NCBI GenBank assembly: GCA_028712705.1
Contig: JAQTPP010000003.1
Location: 52 to 64,051, forward strand
Direction of reading: 5' to 3'
DNA: 64,000 nt
Source of the DNA: Candidatus Daviesbacteria bacterium
GTDB lineage: Bacteria > Patescibacteriota > Microgenomatia > Daviesbacterales > UBA10151
The position numbers and the translations under genes are program-made. The stretch's first letter is position 1; every line of letters starts with the position of its first letter. Shown in pieces: positions 62,195 to 64,000 of this stretch. The notes under the pieces are model-generated. The model searched no databases and was not told the origin of the DNA. It saw only the letters and a program-made list of their open reading frames with translations.

Positions 62195-62467
62195 TTATTT
62201 GTATAGTTGGCTGTGGGTGCCCAGCATTTCAAAAGAAACAACAATATAAGAATTATTTTCCTTTATCACTAAAAATACCGCTCTCCAGTCGCCGGTAATA
62301 TTAATGCTTCTATATCCGGAGTATTTCCCGGAAAGCGGATGATTGTGAAGTTGTGGATAAAAAGGATTTTTGTTAAATAATTCTACGCGTTTTTTAAATG
62401 CCCGTTTTATTTTTCCGTCTGCCCGTTCGTATTCCTTAACGAACTCTCTTGCGTAGCTGATTTTCAT
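62195..62467 (-). CDS. YafQ/RelE-family toxin (paralogue of 3366-3623)
   Basis: LSGKYSGYRSINITGDWRAVF...HSQLY. Shares the GYRSINITGD decapeptide with the first copy. Confidence 0.7.
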   Translation of the reverse strand: MKISYAREFVKEYERADGKIKRAFKKRVELFNKNPFYPQLHNHPLSGKYSGYRSINITGDWRAVFLVIKENNSYIVVSFEMLGTHSQLYK

Positions 62468-62750
62468 ATTTTCTTCTAGGATTATCTAACCAGGCAAACG
62501 CATCTTTCGTATTGTCAAAGGTAGGAGAAATATAACCTTTTCTTCTATCTTTTTTTGCTTCTTCAAGGGATTTTATCAGATATTCGGAAGGTTCCTCGGA
62601 AACATCAAGAATTACTCTTTTGGTTCTAATAAGTTGTTTAATGTAGGACTTCAAAAGGGTACTTAGAGGCACACCAAATTCGCTTGCTATAAGTTGGGCT
62701 TCCCTTTTCATTTTAGGATCAATTTTAAGATTAACTATCGCGTAATTCAT
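62436..62750 (-). CDS. RelB/DinJ-like RHH antitoxin
   Basis: AIVNLKIDPKMKREAQLIASEFGVPLSTLLKSYI RHH pattern. Overlaps the toxin by 32 bp. Confidence 0.6.
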   Translation of the reverse strand: MNYAIVNLKIDPKMKREAQLIASEFGVPLSTLLKSYIKQLIRTKRVILDVSEEPSEYLIKSLEEAKKDRRKGYISPTFDNTKDAFAWLDNPRRKYENQLRKRVR

Positions 62751-62790
62751 GGTATACCCAGTATACCCTCAGTATACCCCTTTGTCAATA
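62751..62790 (-). promoter_or_regulatory. Leaderless toxin-antitoxin promoter with three GGTATAC operator repeats (minus strand TTGACA-N17-TATACT)
   Basis: Reverse complement reads ttgaca aaggggtatactgagggtatactgggtatacc ATG. The GTATAC palindromes overlap the -10. Confidence 0.4.
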
Positions 62791-62814
62791 CATGGAGTTT
62801 GTACTTTTAGATGA

Positions 62815-63183
62815 TTAGCTGGAGACTGTTTCAAATGTCCCGTCAAGGTGAAGATAAATTGTTTCTACTTTTAAATTTTTATCAAAAGCTTCTATTTGAT
62901 TTTTTGCTTCTTCCAAGTCCTGGATATGTTGTTCATGGGTTCCTTCTTCTCCGTATGCCCCGCAATCCTCATGGTTTATTAAAATAACTTTTTTAATATG
63001 GTGCAGCGTGCGTGAGATATCCACTTGTTTTAACATATAATCCAAATCAAATACCCCTCCTGCTATTGCTACCCTATCATATGTTTTTGGGGCAAAATTT
63101 TCCGCAATCCAATTGTTTATATATTCCTGGAATCTGAAATCAATGCAGGTGACGATGATTGTTTCGCAAGTATGAATGTTCAT
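62815..63183 (-). CDS. Small beta-carbonic-anhydrase-like protein (CxDxR ... HxxC motifs)
   Basis: VTCIDFR and INHEDCGAYG are spaced about 58 aa apart as in beta-CA zinc ligands. Only 122 aa. Confidence 0.4.
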   Translation of the reverse strand: MNIHTCETIIVTCIDFRFQEYINNWIAENFAPKTYDRVAIAGGVFDLDYMLKQVDISRTLHHIKKVILINHEDCGAYGEEGTHEQHIQDLEEAKNQIEAFDKNLKVETIYLHLDGTFETVSS

Positions 63184-63217
63184 ATTTCGCCTTAGACAAT
63201 AATGTATAATATCATAT

Positions 63218-63628
63218 ATGGCTTCGCTACAGTTGAAAATTGTTACTCCTGAAAGCCTTATTTTTGATGAGGAAGTCTCACAAGTTAATGTTTCAACTCA
63301 GCAGGGTCAAATCGGCATACTTCCCCATCATGCCAATTTAATGGCCAGGCTTTCACCCGGGGAACTGGTGATTAAAAAAAACGGCAAAGTAGATTCTATG
63401 GCAATCGGAGACGGGTTTTTACAGGTGGCGGATAATACTTTGATTGTGATGACGGATCTGGCAACTTATGCCACAGATATAGACGAAAGGGCTGTTGAAG
63501 AAGCCAAAAAACGGGCAGAGGTGGTATTAACCCAAACCTTGTCTGGTGAGGAATATGCAGAGACTTTTGCAAATTTGCAGAAATCCCTGGCTCAACTTAG
63601 GGTTAAAAGACGACATAAAGTAAGATAA
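63218..63628 (+). CDS. atpC: F0F1 ATP synthase subunit epsilon
   Basis: LQLKIVTPESLIFDEEVSQVNVSTQQGQIGILPHHANL. Confidence 0.85.
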   Translation: MASLQLKIVTPESLIFDEEVSQVNVSTQQGQIGILPHHANLMARLSPGELVIKKNGKVDSMAIGDGFLQVADNTLIVMTDLATYATDIDERAVEEAKKRAEVVLTQTLSGEEYAETFANLQKSLAQLRVKRRHKVR

Positions 63629-63848
63629 CAATATCCTTAGCTTGCTGGCTCGTCGGTGCACAAAGCACCGCTCGGCTAGTAGTTACTGTAGCATTAAAGT
63701 TTCTCTCTAGCCTCGCTATGTGAAGATTTTGCGGTTGGCATCTGCACACAAAATTTTCAGATTGCTTTGGTTGCACTCGACTTCGCCAGCATCTTACTTG
63801 TGAGTTTGCTTTGAGGTTACATTCTGATTGTTATACAATTATCATCAC

Positions 63849-64000
63849 ATGGCAAATAGTGAAAATCCCGAGTTATCCATCATAATCTTAAATTTTAATG
63901 TCAAGGAGTTACTTCTAAATTGTCTAGAATCTATTTTCCAAAGCAAGGGCAAGTTGGATTGGTGGCAAGTTATAGTAGTTGATAACGCTTCAGACGATGG
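63849..64000 (+). CDS. Glycosyltransferase family 2, N-terminal fragment (3' truncated by window edge)
   Basis: LSIIILNFNVKELLLNCLESIF...VIVVDNASDD is the GT2 N-terminal DxD-region pattern. Confidence 0.65.
   Translation, partial: MANSENPELSIIILNFNVKELLLNCLESIFQSKGKLDWWQVIVVDNASDD

Overview
This 64-kb window looks like a low-GC, gene-dense, small-genome bacterium, and the gene content points to a Candidate Phyla Radiation / Patescibacteria-type organism; that assignment is inference from gene content only. The backbone is housekeeping: gyrA and gyrB, ddl-alr-murD-murI-murC, recG, rnc, nusB, rpmF, rpsP, trmD, an archaeal-type TyrRS, yebC-ruvC, a Kef-type antiporter, a P-type ATPase, and the F1Fo ATP synthase operon atpBEFHAGD...C. 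A complete type IV pilus locus occupies 32.1-46.5 kb: pilB, pilT, pilC, a major pilin, pilD, eight further pilin-like genes, a 626-aa pilus-associated protein, and pilM/N/O. Accessory content includes two XerC/D-like tyrosine recombinases bracketing a surface-protein island at 11.4-15.1 kb. That island holds a 766-aa Cys-rich secreted protein with a TIG-like region and a C-terminal dockerin-like pair of Ca-binding loops, followed by two cohesin-like membrane-anchored proteins. There are two paralogous DinJ/YafQ-type toxin-antitoxin pairs with leaderless GTATAC-containing promoters, and an IS200/IS605-type HuH (Y1) transposase with REP-like hairpins just upstream of atpB. A four-gene reverse-strand insertion (toxin-antitoxin pair, a small beta-carbonic-anhydrase-like protein and a hypothetical) splits atpD from atpC. 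The most unusual signal is a set of short dispersed repeat families that sit in-frame inside essential genes. (1) A 67-70 bp element with TGTCATTCTGG...CCAGAATGACA terminal inverted repeats has two intergenic copies and one copy inside gyrB. (2) A related GC-rich TGTCATTGCGAG...CTCGCAATGACA element lies inside both atpG and atpD, giving a shared [10 protein letters not shown] peptide; GC-rich islands in recG, rluA and the rpsP C-terminal extension share sub-motifs with it. (3) A 21-bp palindrome is shared by an intergenic site and murD. (4) AGTCNNC heptamers repeated four times in the coding sense occur in gyrA, pilD and a pilin gene. No rRNA, tRNA or CRISPR array was seen.
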